Positions 9,117 to 18,672 of a stretch of DNA of 64,000 nt are shown in pieces. The notes under the pieces are model-generated. The model was not told where the DNA came from. It did no database searches and worked only from the letters and a program-made list of their open reading frames with translations. The DNA is from Candidatus Bathyarchaeota archaeon (lineage in GTDB: Archaea > Thermoproteota > Bathyarchaeia > 40CM-2-53-6 > JALHTG01). Position 1 is the stretch's first letter. Every line of letters starts with the position of its first letter. The translations under genes and the position numbers were made by a program. The stretch covers positions 15,324-79,323 of the forward strand of contig JALHTG010000042.1 in NCBI GenBank assembly GCA_022865705.1, read 5' to 3'.

Positions 9117-10016
9117 ATGCGAGCCGAAGACATCTTTGCACAGACAAAAGAGAAAGTGGCGAAAGAGGTACGAGAGCTTAGAGAGATGGGGATTACGCCT
9201 GGTCTCGCAGCAATACTTCCAGCTGACGAAGCCACCGCTAAGATGTATGTCTCAATGAAACAACAAGACTGCAAAGAAGTAGGTATCTATTCAGAGGTCT
9301 GCGAAGTCTACAAGTACCCACCTGAAAAGAGAGAGAAGGAGCTTTGCAGGGTCATAGAGGAGATGAATATCAGGGACGACATAACGGGCATTCTCGTTCA
9401 GATGCCTCTGCCTGATCCAATTGACAGGCATAGACCCTTCGAACTCCTCGCACCTGAGAAGGACGTTGACGGATTAACACCCAAGAACAAAGGCAAGCTG
9501 ATGAGCAGATACAATTTTGAGAAGGATGTTCTCCCATGCACCGCCGCCGCAGTGATCGAACTTCTCGACAGATATCACGTTGAGATGAAGGGAAAGGACG
9601 TAGTCATTGTCGGACGAAGCGACCTAGTCGGAAAACCATTGAGAAAGCTATTCGAGGATCATGATGCCACGCCGGTCTGTTGCCACCGAGCAACAAAGAG
9701 TACAATGGACAGAATCAAACGGGCAGACATAGTCGTCTGTGCGGCAGGGAGACCGCCAGAACTCTGCAAGGAAGATTCCTTTCGACTGACTTCAGATATG
9801 GTGAAAGAAGGAGTCGTCGTGGTAGGGGTTGGAGGTAGAAAAGATCCTGCTACGGGGAAACTGTATTTTGATGTTGACTTCAAAGACGTGAAAACTAAGG
9901 CCGCATACATCACTCCGAATCTTAATGGGATCGGATTGATGACTAGAGGAAGACTTCTTTGGAACACGATCCTGACTACAAGAGGACTTGAGAAATATCT
10001 TCTTAATCCATACTAA
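9117..10016 (+). CDS. folD: bifunctional 5,10-methylene-tetrahydrofolate dehydrogenase / 5,10-methenyl-THF cyclohydrolase
   Basis: The likely start is ATG 9117 (MRAEDIF...); the track start 9066 would overlap purN. Motifs: PGLAAIL, YVSMKQQDCKEVGI, ILVQMPLP, DVDGLTP and VVIVGRSDLVGKP. Confidence 0.85.
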   Translation: MRAEDIFAQTKEKVAKEVRELREMGITPGLAAILPADEATAKMYVSMKQQDCKEVGIYSEVCEVYKYPPEKREKELCRVIEEMNIRDDITGILVQMPLPDPIDRHRPFELLAPEKDVDGLTPKNKGKLMSRYNFEKDVLPCTAAAVIELLDRYHVEMKGKDVVIVGRSDLVGKPLRKLFEDHDATPVCCHRATKSTMDRIKRADIVVCAAGRPPELCKEDSFRLTSDMVKEGVVVVGVGGRKDPATGKLYFDVDFKDVKTKAAYITPNLNGIGLMTRGRLLWNTILTTRGLEKYLLNPY

Positions 10017-10035
10017 CCGAGCCTAATCGCGTGCT

Positions 10036-10491
10036 TCAATTGGATTTCATGATGTAGTTGATCATCGATTCAAAGATCAGCTTGCCATCTCCATAGGTCG
10101 GTAACCTAAGCTGCGTCCAGTCTGGCAGCTGATATCCGAAGAAGGCTCTTTCTGGATGGGGCATTAGACCCATCACGGTTCCACTTCTATTGCATATTCC
10201 CGCCATATCCCATACCGATCCATTCGGATTGTAGGGGAAGAGTTCCTCCGCATAAGTTCCATTAGATCTGGCAAATCTGAATACGATCTGGTCACCATCA
10301 ACAAGTTTTCTGAAGTATTCTTGTTCTCTCTCCTTTGGCAGTAGAATTCTTCCCTCGGCGTGAGCTATCGGTATACGCAGAAGTTTTCCCTTCTCGATCG
10401 ACTGCGTAAACACACATTTTCCAGAATTCTCATGTTTCAAATAGAGATAGTCATTTGCTGTAGTCCATGTGCAACGATACCCCATCGGCAT
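10036..10491 (-). CDS. purQ: FGAM synthase glutaminase subunit PurQ, C-terminal fragment (His/Glu part)
   Basis: 151 aa. Motifs: IPIAHAEGR and GLMPHPERA, the class I amidotransferase His-Glu end. It is in the same frame as the upstream fragment, separated only by TGA-AAT. Confidence 0.8.
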   Translation of the reverse strand: MPMGYRCTWTTANDYLYLKHENSGKCVFTQSIEKGKLLRIPIAHAEGRILLPKEREQEYFRKLVDGDQIVFRFARSNGTYAEELFPYNPNGSVWDMAGICNRSGTVMGLMPHPERAFFGYQLPDWTQLRLPTYGDGKLIFESMINYIMKSN

Positions 10492-10494
10492 ATT

Positions 10495-10869
10495 TCAGGC
10501 CAGAGCCATCTCGACTGAGCCCTCCCTAGTTCCAAAGCCTGGGAGCAAACCTGTCTCTATGAGAACTTGGAATCCGTTACAAATCCCTAGCACAGGGCGT
10601 TGCGACTCAACAAATCGATGAAGCAAATCTCCAAGTTCGTCTCTTAAGATATCTGCCCAGATGGCACCAGCTCTGACATAGTCGCCATACGCGAATCCTC
10701 CTGGGAAGACGAGTCCGTGGTAGTCGAGGAGGTTTCGCTTCTCTATTATGCTCCTCGTGTGAACAACTTCAGCTTTTACGCCAAGACTGTCGAAGACTCT
10801 GCGGGTCTCTTCGTCGCAGTTAGTTCCGCCAACCCGCATAATGCAGATTCGAATATTCTTTCGCTTCAT
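10495..10869 (-). CDS. purQ: FGAM synthase glutaminase subunit PurQ, N-terminal fragment (nucleophile part), ends at in-frame TGA
   Basis: 124 aa. Motifs: VFPGGFAYGDY and VLGICNGFQVL (nucleophile elbow). Its ATG at 10869 directly abuts the purL stop. It terminates at TGA 10497-10495 inside the conserved body of the protein. Confidence 0.8.
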   Translation of the reverse strand: MKRKNIRICIMRVGGTNCDEETRRVFDSLGVKAEVVHTRSIIEKRNLLDYHGLVFPGGFAYGDYVRAGAIWADILRDELGDLLHRFVESQRPVLGICNGFQVLIETGLLPGFGTREGSVEMALA

Positions 10870-13272
10870 TCATTCTACCTCGAAAGGCCGTTTCCAAGCG
10901 GATCGAAGCTCCTCGACATCCACATCTACCAAGGGGTTGTCCCTTCTGCGAATGGTGAACCGTCCATCTCCCCGAATTCTGCCAACTAATGCGTGAGGCA
11001 CTTTACCCATCAGTCTCTCGAATCCTCGCCTGCTTCTTGATTCCACTTCAATCAGGAAACGACTGTTCGACTCAGAAAAGAGAGCAACATCTTCTCGCAG
11101 CTTCGTTGCAGACAGGACAACATCCAAGTTGAGGTCAAGGCCGAATTCAGCTCCGAAGGCCATCTCAGCGGCGGCAACCGCCAGACCGCCATCAGAAAGA
11201 TCATGGCATGCCTTGACGTGCCCTTTGTCAATGGCTGATGTGACCACTCGAAGTATTCTCTTCGCCATTGGAAGTCTGACTTTCGGAACATTACCCCCAG
11301 TTATCCCTCTGAGTTTGAAGTATTGAGAACCTCCGAGCTCTGAATGGGTAGCTCCGATTAGGTATACAGGGTCGCCTTTACTCTTCAGCTCCATCGACAC
11401 AGTCTCTCGCACATCTGGAACTATGCCCACACCGGTCACCAGAAATGTTGGGGTTACTGAACCCAAAGGTGACTCATTGTAAAGGCTGTCCTTGCCTGAA
11501 ATGAATGGTGCCGCAAACCCTTTCGCGAAGTCATAGCACGCTTGGCAAGCTTTAACGAGACTTCCCATTCTATCCGGTTTTTCCGGACTACCCCACGTGA
11601 AATTGTCGAGGAGGGCTACTCTTCTTCCTCCAACAGCCACATTGTTCCTCAACGCCTCATCAATAGCGGAGGCTGCCATCCAGTATGGATCTAGTTTTCC
11701 ATAGTTCGGATTCATTCCACATGAGATCGCAATGCCACGCCAAGAATCAGAGAGCGGCTTCAGAACAGCTGCATCGTTAGGCGCAGAGAAAGCGCCTTGA
11801 AGAGGCTTCAGCACTGTGTTCCCTTGAACCTCATGATCATAAGTTCGGATGACCGATTCCTTGCTAGCGATGTTGGGTGCCGAGAGAAGTTCTAGAATTG
11901 TCTTCAACAGATCGCCTGGAGAATCAAAAAGAGGTTCAGGCATTTGTGTCAGATCAAGATTCACGATTCTTGTTGCTCTTGGCGGAGAGAAGAGAAAATC
12001 CAAGTCAAGTCCAAGTACAGGACTGCTTAGAAAAGAAACAGTCACGGCTCGACCTCGGTTGAATTTCCCTATTGGATTGGCCAGAACGTCTTCTTCTCCG
12101 AAAATCTCTAGAACTCTGCTGAGATTCTTCGGTGGAATCGACAACAACATTCGTTCCTGAGACTCGGAAACCCAGATTTCCCAAGGTGCCATAGGCGGGA
12201 CTGTCTCTTTCAATTGAACCTTGTCGAGCTCCACATGAATACCGCAGTTCGACCTGTGAGCCATCTCTCCTGCGGCACAAGACAGGCCACCTCCCCCGAG
12301 ATCAGTTATTCCTGATGCTAGCTCCCGGTCCCTTACCTCCAGGATAGCCCGTTTCAGCTTCTCTTCTTCAATCGGATTGGGAACCTGAACGGCAGAGAGA
12401 GATGTTTCCTCGGACTTTTCCGTTAGTTCAGCAGATGCGAAAGTAACTCCGTGAATCCCATCCCTTCCGGTCCTGCCTCCAACTAGTAGAGGCACGTCAC
12501 CGGGCTTCGTTCTTCGAACGAATTTCTCCATGGGCACTATGCCGACACAGCCACAGTACACAACCACGTTGCCCACGTAGCTTTCGTCAAAGAATATTGC
12601 ACCATTCACCGTTGGGATGCCCATGTTGTTCCCATAGCTTCCAATTCCCGCGACCACTCCGTCGAAGAGATAGGTTGGATGATTGACTCCCTTCGGCAAC
12701 CTGCTCTGATCAAAGTCCAAAGGCCCAAAGCACAAAACGTCGGTGCAGGCTATCGGTTTTCCCCAAACCGCCAGTATGTCTCGGATCACTCCGCCAGTTC
12801 CGGTTGCTGCTCCTCCGAAAGGCTCTACCGCTGACGGATGATTGTGTGTCTCAACCTTTGCGGCCACACCATAGGTTACTCCTTTTCTTTTTTCGAATAG
12901 AACTATTCCCGCATTGTCTTGGAACGTATCAAGGCACCAAGACGGTTTCAGTTCCTTCACTGGTCTTGCGATGTATGTTTTGAAGAGGTTTCTCGCGATT
13001 ATTCTGCCGTTGGATGAGACTACGTTCCCTTTGAAGGTCTTATGGAAACAATGCTCAGACCAAGTCTGTCCGAAAGTCTGCAGTTCAATATCAGTTGGAT
13101 TTCGTCCAATTCTCTCGAAATGAATCTTGAGCGCTTTCATCTCTTCTAGAGCCAGGCCTACCGCGAGATCGCTGCTTATTCTCAGAAGTTGACTGTCATC
13201 TGAGTTCCGCAAATCTACCTCAATCAGGGAGAACGGTGCGTCTTCTCTCCTGATGTAGGGCTCGGAACTCAT
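10870..13272 (-). CDS. purL: phosphoribosylformylglycinamidine synthase II
   Basis: 800 aa. Motifs: GQTWSEHCFHKTF and ETHNHPSAVEPFGGAATG. It has the duplicated PurM-like architecture. Confidence 0.9.
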   Translation of the reverse strand: MSSEPYIRREDAPFSLIEVDLRNSDDSQLLRISSDLAVGLALEEMKALKIHFERIGRNPTDIELQTFGQTWSEHCFHKTFKGNVVSSNGRIIARNLFKTYIARPVKELKPSWCLDTFQDNAGIVLFEKRKGVTYGVAAKVETHNHPSAVEPFGGAATGTGGVIRDILAVWGKPIACTDVLCFGPLDFDQSRLPKGVNHPTYLFDGVVAGIGSYGNNMGIPTVNGAIFFDESYVGNVVVYCGCVGIVPMEKFVRRTKPGDVPLLVGGRTGRDGIHGVTFASAELTEKSEETSLSAVQVPNPIEEEKLKRAILEVRDRELASGITDLGGGGLSCAAGEMAHRSNCGIHVELDKVQLKETVPPMAPWEIWVSESQERMLLSIPPKNLSRVLEIFGEEDVLANPIGKFNRGRAVTVSFLSSPVLGLDLDFLFSPPRATRIVNLDLTQMPEPLFDSPGDLLKTILELLSAPNIASKESVIRTYDHEVQGNTVLKPLQGAFSAPNDAAVLKPLSDSWRGIAISCGMNPNYGKLDPYWMAASAIDEALRNNVAVGGRRVALLDNFTWGSPEKPDRMGSLVKACQACYDFAKGFAAPFISGKDSLYNESPLGSVTPTFLVTGVGIVPDVRETVSMELKSKGDPVYLIGATHSELGGSQYFKLRGITGGNVPKVRLPMAKRILRVVTSAIDKGHVKACHDLSDGGLAVAAAEMAFGAEFGLDLNLDVVLSATKLREDVALFSESNSRFLIEVESRSRRGFERLMGKVPHALVGRIRGDGRFTIRRRDNPLVDVDVEELRSAWKRPFEVE

Positions 13273-13529
13273 CTTACTTCCTCAATTGCTAGGAGCTGTG
13301 CTTGGTCCTTCACTGGATTGACCATCGGTGGACCAGTGTAGATCTGTCGAGCCGAAGTCTCAGCCTGCTCCTTAGAGTCCGCTTCGACAAATATCTCCCA
13401 GTATCTTCCAGATCTGACCTTTCGGACTCCTTGAATTCCTTTCCTTTTCAGTCTCCCATCCAGCGTATCCCCCTCTGGATCTGATACGCCTTCACGAGGA
13501 TACACCACAACCCTTACGCGATACAGCAT
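13269..13529 (-). CDS. purS: FGAM synthase PurS subunit
   Basis: 86 aa, beginning MLYRVRVVVYPREGVSDPEG. It overlaps the purL start by 4 nt and sits in the usual purS-purL-purQ order. Confidence 0.8.
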   Translation of the reverse strand: MLYRVRVVVYPREGVSDPEGDTLDGRLKRKGIQGVRKVRSGRYWEIFVEADSKEQAETSARQIYTGPPMVNPVKDQAQLLAIEEVR

Positions 13530-13552
13530 GCGTCCACCTGCCCCATTGATTT

Positions 13553-14713
13553 CTAAAGATCACCATACGCGAACTTGCCAAAGCTACTTTCAATGAGAAC
13601 TTGATTTCCAGAGGGACTGGCTTCGATCTCGCCCATGACTTTGCCTTCGACTCCAAAGCCCTCAATGACACTGAGCACTTGGTCCACAACTTCTGCCTTG
13701 AGAACTATCTCGAATCCTACTCCCATATTGTAGTCTTGGAACATGTCTTTCCACGATTCATTGGACTCCTTCTTGATTAGCAGAAAGATTGGATCAGGTT
13801 GAGGAATATCGCGTTTCACATATCTTACGCCTCCTCCCAGGCTAAGGCATTTGGTTTGTCCTCCCCCTGTGTTATGGATCAAACCGGTGATCGATGGTCC
13901 AAATCTGTCGAGGATCTTGAAAGCAATTGGAGCGAAAACTCGCGTGGGAGAACACATCGCTTCACCCACGGTCATTCCAAGTTCGTCTATGCGATCGGTA
14001 ACCTTGAAACGTCCGAAATATCCTGATGTTCCACTTCCAAGGGTCTCAGGATACTTCTTGCCGTAGTCACCACTCATGAGACTATGTCTGGCAAGTGTGA
14101 TTCCATTGCACATGATTCCGCTGTTCAATTCCTTCTCGTAACGGATCCTTCCGCCACTTCTGATTCCAATGATCTTGTTGCCTGGAAGGATTCTTTCTCC
14201 TGTTATGATTTTGGACAGTTCGACTCTCCCTTGCATAAACCCTGAAACGTCCAACGTAGCGATCTGATCGGGTACATCGGCTGTTTCTCCTCCGTCAAAG
14301 GGCAACGTGAGACCATTAGCCCGTAGAACTTCCCTTAGCTCCACAATCTCAGAGTTGAGAACCCTCAAGAAATTCTCCTTGGGAACCCTTGACTTGTTGA
14401 TTGAAACGCAATCCACAAAGCTGATCGGCCTCGCGCCGACGCACACTATGTCGTCAAGATTCATTGCTACAACATCTTGTGCGATACCCTTGAACGAGTT
14501 GATGTCTTTGGTTTCTTTGAAGTTGAGATAGCTCTGAACAGGTTTGCTTCCTGCGCTATCCGCGTGTGAAACAAGTGCATACTGCGGGAAGTCCGGATCT
14601 TGCTTGATTACACAGAATGCCTTGGGATAGAGCGACTGGATGCTTGACTTGAAGACCTCTATTCCTTTCTTACGTACGTCAACGCCTACCTTCGTATATT
14701 GCGATTCACCCAT
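13553..14713 (-). CDS. purM: phosphoribosylformylglycinamidine cyclo-ligase (AIR synthase), long variant
   Basis: 386 aa. By hand alignment to E. coli PurM: VGVDV, ADSAGSKP (vs TDGVGTK), VAMNLDDIVCVGARP, GGETAD, NTGGGQTK and YNMGVGFEIV. Confidence 0.8.
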   Translation of the reverse strand: MGESQYTKVGVDVRKKGIEVFKSSIQSLYPKAFCVIKQDPDFPQYALVSHADSAGSKPVQSYLNFKETKDINSFKGIAQDVVAMNLDDIVCVGARPISFVDCVSINKSRVPKENFLRVLNSEIVELREVLRANGLTLPFDGGETADVPDQIATLDVSGFMQGRVELSKIITGERILPGNKIIGIRSGGRIRYEKELNSGIMCNGITLARHSLMSGDYGKKYPETLGSGTSGYFGRFKVTDRIDELGMTVGEAMCSPTRVFAPIAFKILDRFGPSITGLIHNTGGGQTKCLSLGGGVRYVKRDIPQPDPIFLLIKKESNESWKDMFQDYNMGVGFEIVLKAEVVDQVLSVIEGFGVEGKVMGEIEASPSGNQVLIESSFGKFAYGDL

Positions 14714-14725
14714 CCCAACGCCCTC

Positions 14726-15763
14726 CTAAAAATGACTAAAGCACCTCTCTCGAGTGAACACCATTGCCATCCCATGCTCATCACAAGCATCAATGACCTC
14801 CTGATCCTTCACTGAGCCTCCAGGCTGAATGATCGCAGCGACACCATACTTAGCGAGCAAATCAACACTATCACGGAAAGAAAAGAAACCATCTGAAGCC
14901 GCAACCGCTCCCTTAAGACGTACTTGTCGCCCCGTTTCCTCCAGTTTTTCAACTGCAAGTCTGACTGCTGTAACACGATCCTGCTGGCCTGTACCAATTC
15001 CTAAGGTGCAGCCATTCTTTGCCACTACTGCGGCGTTGGATCTTACATGAGCGCAGACCATCCAAGAGAAGTAAAGATCGTTGTACTCTCCTTCTGTGGG
15101 TGATCTCTTCGTGACAATTGAGACATCTGACTTGCTTTCGATTCTGTTACGGTATGGTGCAGATACGGTTGCGAAGCCTTCTGGGTAGAAATGTAGATCA
15201 AATCCCACCTCATCAGTCAACCGACTCAACTGGACTACCCGAAGATCTTTCTTTTCATTGAAAATAGTCAAAGCGCCATCCTCGAAGGAGGGAGCGCTAA
15301 CGCACTCTATGTATGTTCTGACCAGTTCTTCCGCGGCTTCGCGGCTCACAGAAACATTCAATCCAACAGTTGCTCCAAAAGCCGCCTGACTGTCACATTC
15401 CCTTGCATCAGCTATGATTTGCTTCAGCGGTATCTTCGCATCTTGGGCCACTGCAATCCCTGAAGGATTGAGATGCTTCATGTAGGCACAGGCGGGCCGA
15501 GAGAAATTCCTTAACAGCACGTGTGCTCGATAGATGTCCTCGAGATTGGTTTTGCTCAGTCCTTGCTTTCCAACCTTCAGTTCCTTGAGAAGAGGAGCCA
15601 TTGTGAATATGGCTGCAGGATAGCCGGGATTGTCGCCATATCTCAGACTGTAGACTTTCTCCAAAGAGAAGACTTTGTCACCCATCAGTATCTTGATGTT
15701 CGAGGGAAAGCTCTCCTTGATGGCTGTTCGATACATCTTCCTGAGATTGGCCGCGTCTGACAT
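14726..15763 (-). CDS. purH: AICAR transformylase (stand-alone C-terminal domain of PurH)
   Basis: 345 aa. Motifs: LRYGDNPGYPAAIF, MKHLNPSG, GIGTGQQDRV, ASDGFFSFRD, IIQPGGSVKD and FTRERCFSHF. Its ATG shares one base with the stop of the upstream IMPCH gene (TAATG). Confidence 0.8.
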   Translation of the reverse strand: MSDAANLRKMYRTAIKESFPSNIKILMGDKVFSLEKVYSLRYGDNPGYPAAIFTMAPLLKELKVGKQGLSKTNLEDIYRAHVLLRNFSRPACAYMKHLNPSGIAVAQDAKIPLKQIIADARECDSQAAFGATVGLNVSVSREAAEELVRTYIECVSAPSFEDGALTIFNEKKDLRVVQLSRLTDEVGFDLHFYPEGFATVSAPYRNRIESKSDVSIVTKRSPTEGEYNDLYFSWMVCAHVRSNAAVVAKNGCTLGIGTGQQDRVTAVRLAVEKLEETGRQVRLKGAVAASDGFFSFRDSVDLLAKYGVAAIIQPGGSVKDQEVIDACDEHGMAMVFTRERCFSHF

Positions 15764-16365
15764 TAGGTCTCACTGATCCTTGACAAATAATCCAAGATAC
15801 TGTGATCATATCGAGACGTGAGTGCGAAAGCTTCCTTGGCGAGACTGATCTTACTCGTCTCCGAGATATCGCCACCGTTCTTCTCCATTTCCCGCATAAA
15901 GATCTCATATTGACCAGGATTAGTGAGGACTGAAACTCTCTTGTTCAACAGAGCACTCTTGGCTGCGGCCCTTATCATCGCCGGCCCACCGATGTCTATA
16001 TTCTCTGCAGCCCGCCTAAATGTCACAGTCTTCTCCTTAACAACGGTTTCGAAAGGATAGAGGTTTGCCACGAGCACATCTATGGGAACGATTCCCTGCG
16101 CAAGCATGTATTGGTGATCATCTGGATCAGCAGGATCCAGGAGAAAACCTCCATGGAGCTTTGGATGAAGAGTCTTGACCAAGCCATGTGGCGACTCCGG
16201 GTAGCCAGTAAATACAGATGTTTCAGTGCACTTGTGTCCGAGCTCTCTGATCCTCTGAGCAGTTCCGCCTGAGGCAATTATCTCGAATCTGAACTTCGAG
16301 AGGCAAGGTAACAGAGTCTCAAGCCCCGACTTGTCATAGACGCTGATCAGGGCCCTTCGCGTCAT
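15763..16365 (-). CDS. purH: IMP cyclohydrolase (stand-alone MGS-like N-terminal domain of PurH)
   Basis: Motifs: RRALISVYDKSGL, IIASGGTA, GYPESPHGLVKTLHPKLHGG, VANLYPFE and NIDIGGPAMIRAAAK. The likely start is ATG 16365 (MTRRALIS...), 8 nt after the purB stop; the track start 16428 overlaps purB. Confidence 0.8.
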   Translation of the reverse strand: MTRRALISVYDKSGLETLLPCLSKFRFEIIASGGTAQRIRELGHKCTETSVFTGYPESPHGLVKTLHPKLHGGFLLDPADPDDHQYMLAQGIVPIDVLVANLYPFETVVKEKTVTFRRAAENIDIGGPAMIRAAAKSALLNKRVSVLTNPGQYEIFMREMEKNGGDISETSKISLAKEAFALTSRYDHSILDYLSRISET

Positions 16366-16372
16366 CCCCACC

Positions 16373-17698
16373 TCACCATAGACTCTCTTCTTTGAACTTC
16401 TTCTCCCAGTGTGCGAGGACTTGGTCAACCTTCGATGGGGCTAAGCCAACATATTTCGACGGATCATGAACCACTTCTAACTGCTTTGCCGACAGCTTCT
16501 TGAGATATGGTTGAAGCGATTGATCTGACAAGGCCAAGTCGACCACGGACTTTCCTGTGCGAGACGATTCAAGGGTCAGCCTTCTGACATATTCATGCGC
16601 ATCTGGATGTCCTGCCAAGGCCAGAAGGAGATACAGTGGCTCAGCAACGACTGATGGGAGAGCAAGATCAAGATTCCTTTTCAGACTTGTCCTGTCAACA
16701 ATAAGCTTCTCACTGACTTTGCTCATCCTCCTCACACAGAAGTCGAATGTCATTAGGAACTCTGCATCATACCTCTGAGAGGCTGAGTTCGTGAGATCTC
16801 TTTGATGCTCTGAAACCTGGTCTAGATACTTCGTCGTCATTCTAGGAACGAATTCCTTCCACAGGCTCTCAACATTCTCGAAGCTCTCCGGGTTCTTCTT
16901 GTGAGGCATCGTCGAAGAACCTACACGTTCCTCCGTGAAAGCCTCCCCCACCTCTCCTATCTCTGACCTCTGCAAATTTCTCATATCCCTAGAGAAGTTC
17001 GCCAGAACACCCCACGCCGATATGACACTGTGGATCAAGTCTGTTGTAGGCTCCGGAGGAACTATCTGAGTTGAGATGAGAGCAGGCTCCAAACCAAGTG
17101 AGGACAAGAGTTGCTTCTCAAACTCCTCCGGATCTGAGATGAAGAGGGCGGAGGAGTTGTATGCCCCAACTGCTCCAGACAACTTCCCAACCAATCTTTG
17201 CGAGGATTCCTTCAACTTCAGGATTCTGTTTCCCCAACGATTCACGTACTGAGCTAAAGCGAAGCCGAAAGTCATCGGCACGGCGAACTGGCCGTGAGTC
17301 CGGCCAATCTGAATCGTATCCCGGTCCTTCCTGGCCAATTCGATCCAGATCTTTTCAAGCTTCATCATGTCTGGGATTATGACCGACTCCACAGCCTGTT
17401 TGTACCTTAGTGCATTGGCGGTATCGACAATGTCGTAAGATGTTGCAGTCAGATGCACATACGGCTTTGCTTGGTCACTGACCTTTCGTTGAATCACGTT
17501 GACGAGCGCACGTATGTCGTGTATCACTCGCCTTTCTTCTTCAGCAACTTCTTTCGCAGTGATGGAATCCGCTGCCACGGCAATCTCATTAGCGATACTA
17601 GGTGAACAGATACCGCGCTTGGCCAGAGTCTCTACGAGAGCTTTCTCTACCTTCGCCTTGTATTTCACAAAGGCCTCCGCAGAAAGATAGGGATTCAA
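16373..17698 (-). CDS. purB: adenylosuccinate lyase
   Basis: 441 aa with a fumarate-lyase fold and the GSSTMPHKKNP signature. Confidence 0.9.
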   Translation of the reverse strand: MNPYLSAEAFVKYKAKVEKALVETLAKRGICSPSIANEIAVAADSITAKEVAEEERRVIHDIRALVNVIQRKVSDQAKPYVHLTATSYDIVDTANALRYKQAVESVIIPDMMKLEKIWIELARKDRDTIQIGRTHGQFAVPMTFGFALAQYVNRWGNRILKLKESSQRLVGKLSGAVGAYNSSALFISDPEEFEKQLLSSLGLEPALISTQIVPPEPTTDLIHSVISAWGVLANFSRDMRNLQRSEIGEVGEAFTEERVGSSTMPHKKNPESFENVESLWKEFVPRMTTKYLDQVSEHQRDLTNSASQRYDAEFLMTFDFCVRRMSKVSEKLIVDRTSLKRNLDLALPSVVAEPLYLLLALAGHPDAHEYVRRLTLESSRTGKSVVDLALSDQSLQPYLKKLSAKQLEVVHDPSKYVGLAPSKVDQVLAHWEKKFKEESLW

Positions 17699-17751
17699 CT
17701 CCTTTACCGGGTATCTAGTATCCGTTGGGGAGCAGACGCTGAACTTCGAAA

Positions 17752-18672
17752 TTAAATCCTCTGAGATCTCGCTTCACCTCCCAATTCCTTCAGAACTTGG
17801 TCCAAGCTCTTTAGGTGTAGATCATTGATTTCTTTATTCCCATTTAACACCTCGTAGGCCCCCACGCATCTCTTCGTAACTTCATCTATTACCAGCCCAG
17901 GCAATCTTGGAGGAGTCCCTTCTCCAGTGAATCCGTAGCACTCTCTGAGAAACGCTCTAAGGAATTCCTTGTCCAAGGCATGGGCCTCCTGTTGCGCTCC
18001 AACTTTGAAATGCTTGTCACTCCAGAAACGTGCCGAGTCGTGTGTAGGCGGTTCGTCAATCTGAATCAGGCCGCCCCGATGTCTCCCATATTCAACCTTG
18101 AAATCTGGGACGATTATACCTCTCCTTCTGGCCTCGTCACGGTAGAATTCGTAGAGTCTGAAGGAGGCCTCCTCAAGGACATGCCACTCATCGTTCGTGA
18201 GCAATCCTCGGTCTATCGCTTCATCTCTAGTTATGTCTAGGTCATGACCAATCTCCGACTTTGTCGTTGGAGTTAGAATAATCTGAGGGAGCTCTTCTGC
18301 CATGCATAAGCTGTCGGGCAACGTGATGCCCCCGAAATTCCTCTCACCTTTGGTGTATGCTCTCCACATAGAGCCATAGATGTGACTTCTAACAACCCAC
18401 TCAATGTCCACTCGCTCAGCCTTAGTCACTCTCATCGAACGGTCATCAACACGTTGCAGGAAATGGTTCGGTATGATGTGTTTGGTCTTGGAAAACCAGA
18501 ACTCGGATAGTCTGGTCAGCGATTCACCCTTCCGAGGAATCACATCTGCAAGGACAACATCATACGCACTGACTCTGTCGGAGGCGACTATCAGCAGCTC
18601 CTCTTCCATGTCGAAGACGTCTCGAACCTTGCCCTTTCGGAAGAGCTTGAGTGAACTACTCAAGATGCTCAA
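17752..18672 (-). CDS. purC: SAICAR synthase
   Basis: 306 aa. Motifs: GKVRDVF, ASDRVSAYD and IVPDFKVEYG. Confidence 0.85.
   Translation of the reverse strand: MSILSSSLKLFRKGKVRDVFDMEEELLIVASDRVSAYDVVLADVIPRKGESLTRLSEFWFSKTKHIIPNHFLQRVDDRSMRVTKAERVDIEWVVRSHIYGSMWRAYTKGERNFGGITLPDSLCMAEELPQIILTPTTKSEIGHDLDITRDEAIDRGLLTNDEWHVLEEASFRLYEFYRDEARRRGIIVPDFKVEYGRHRGGLIQIDEPPTHDSARFWSDKHFKVGAQQEAHALDKEFLRAFLRECYGFTGEGTPPRLPGLVIDEVTKRCVGAYEVLNGNKEINDLHLKSLDQVLKELGGEARSQRI

Noticed and set aside
10495-10497. The in-frame TGA in purQ as evidence for selenocysteine or a reassigned stop codon.
   Set aside because: TGA terminates purF (6211-6213), purN (9106-9108) and purL (10870-10872) at the expected protein ends. 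The position is not a catalytic Cys site, and I did not look for a SECIS element. A code change is therefore not supported. The stop itself is reported as a finding.
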